Shown here: positions 63,010 through 64,000 of the stretch, one piece after another | Numbering within the stretch: the stretch's first letter is position 1 | Layout: each line of letters begins with the position of its first letter | From: an uncultured cyanobacterium | GTDB taxonomy: Bacteria; Cyanobacteriota; Cyanobacteriia; Cyanobacteriales; CAWCAG01 | Assembly: GCA_963803805.1 (NCBI GenBank) | Contig: CAWDOD010000008.1 | Location: 64,001 to 128,000, forward strand | Direction of reading: 5' to 3' | Length of the DNA stretch: 64,000 bases | The notes under the pieces: model-generated | Databases searched by the model: none | Told to the model about the DNA's origin: nothing | Seen by the model: the letters and a program-made list of their open reading frames with translations, nothing else | Program-made: the position numbers and the translations under genes

Positions 63010-63408
63010 ATGAATGAAGCAGCAATTCTCTGTGTTGATGATGAAAGCGTTATCCTCGAAAGTCTCCAAGAACAAATTGGTCGCCACTTTGGGGATAAAT
63101 TTGTCTATGAAGCAGCCGAAAGTGGTGAAGAAGCCTTAGAAATTGTTGAAGAACTTCGTGAAGAAGGAGTCAAAATAGTTTTAATTGTCTCTGATTGGCT
63201 GATGCCGGAGATGCGAGGGGATGAACTTTTAGTTCGTATTCATGAGCAGTTTGGTAATGAGATTAAAACTATCATGTTAAGCGGACAAGCCGACGAGTCA
63301 GCCGTAGATCGAGCTAAAGAGGAAGCTAATTTGTATCGTTTCCTGGCTAAACCTTGGCGAGAAGAAGATTTAATCCAAGTCCTCTCAACAGCCTTGAACT
63401 CGATATGA
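63010..63408 (+). CDS. Single-domain response regulator
   Basis: CVDDE, VSDWLMP, MLSG, KPW. Confidence 0.92.
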   Translation: MNEAAILCVDDESVILESLQEQIGRHFGDKFVYEAAESGEEALEIVEELREEGVKIVLIVSDWLMPEMRGDELLVRIHEQFGNEIKTIMLSGQADESAVDRAKEEANLYRFLAKPWREEDLIQVLSTALNSI

Positions 63409-64000
63409 ACCGATTAGTAATTCTTGCAGTCGATGACGAACCGATGGTGCTAGAAAGCCTTACTGAGGAGTTAGAACGCACTTTTGGTCAAGATTACGAC
63501 ATCGAAGCGGCTGAAAGTGCTGAAGAAGCTCTCGAAATTATCGATGAACTAACCCAAGAAGGAAGCGAAGTAGCTATCATCGTTTCAGACCATTTGATGC
63601 CGGGGATGAAAGGGGATGAACTCCTGATTAAAATTCATCACCAATACCCCAGTTCCTTAAAGATTATGCTCACTGGACAAGCTGATGTCAACGAGGTGGG
63701 CAACGCTGTCAACTCTGCTAACTTGTACCGCTATATTGCTAAACCCTGGGATGCTAATGACCTCAACCTAACGGTTAAAGAAGCTCTCACCAAGTATGTA
63801 CAGAGAAAACAAATTGAACAACAGAATCTACAAATACAGGAAAAAGAGCGTCGCCTGACTCAGTTTTTAGAAGCAATGCCCATTGGTGTGGCGGTTCACA
63901 ATGCGGTCGGACAAATAACCTATGCTAATCACAAGGCCAAAGAGTTACTGAAGCTAGATGTTTTACCCGATACTAAAAGCGAGCAACTTTCGGAAGCTTT
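63405..64000 (+). CDS. Receiver plus PAS protein, partial (runs off window)
   Basis: ATGA overlap; MNRLVILAVDDE...VSDHLMP...KPW...EAMPIGVAVH. Confidence 0.88.
   Translation, partial: MNRLVILAVDDEPMVLESLTEELERTFGQDYDIEAAESAEEALEIIDELTQEGSEVAIIVSDHLMPGMKGDELLIKIHHQYPSSLKIMLTGQADVNEVGNAVNSANLYRYIAKPWDANDLNLTVKEALTKYVQRKQIEQQNLQIQEKERRLTQFLEAMPIGVAVHNAVGQITYANHKAKELLKLDVLPDTKSEQLSEA

Overview
Cyanobacterial chromosomal window (about 40% GC by eye, frequent HIP1 GCGATCGC octamers, short heptamer tandem repeats). The first 40 kb is mostly housekeeping genes: menB, pilD, a carotenoid oxygenase, a folate/biopterin transporter, a CHASE2 cyclase, NifU, GH57, dnaG, a TftA-like amidase, DnaJ, accD, psbP, maf, an aldehyde dehydrogenase, an ABC transporter and ppk1. 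Accessory patches among these include an IS4 remnant, a PEP-CTERM protein with 27-bp repeats, an intact ISAzo13-family IS, and a 4-kb patch with a class D beta-lactamase, kinases and xisI. The last 24 kb (40.0-64.0 kb) is a co-oriented locus: CheB/CheR-PAS hybrid kinase, frameshifted E1-YcaO (TOMM) cyclodehydratase, amidohydrolase, an orphan AbiEii-like gene and Uma2 remnant, a secreted CxxCH protein, a 215-aa NHLP/TOMM-precursor-like protein ending GG-SYLPPSLYIPIAAC, two mosaic Ser/Thr kinase-AAA-GAF-His kinase paralogues, and response regulators. This apparent RiPP-plus-signalling locus is the best candidate for an undescribed system. All family calls come from motif recognition by eye; no database searches were run.
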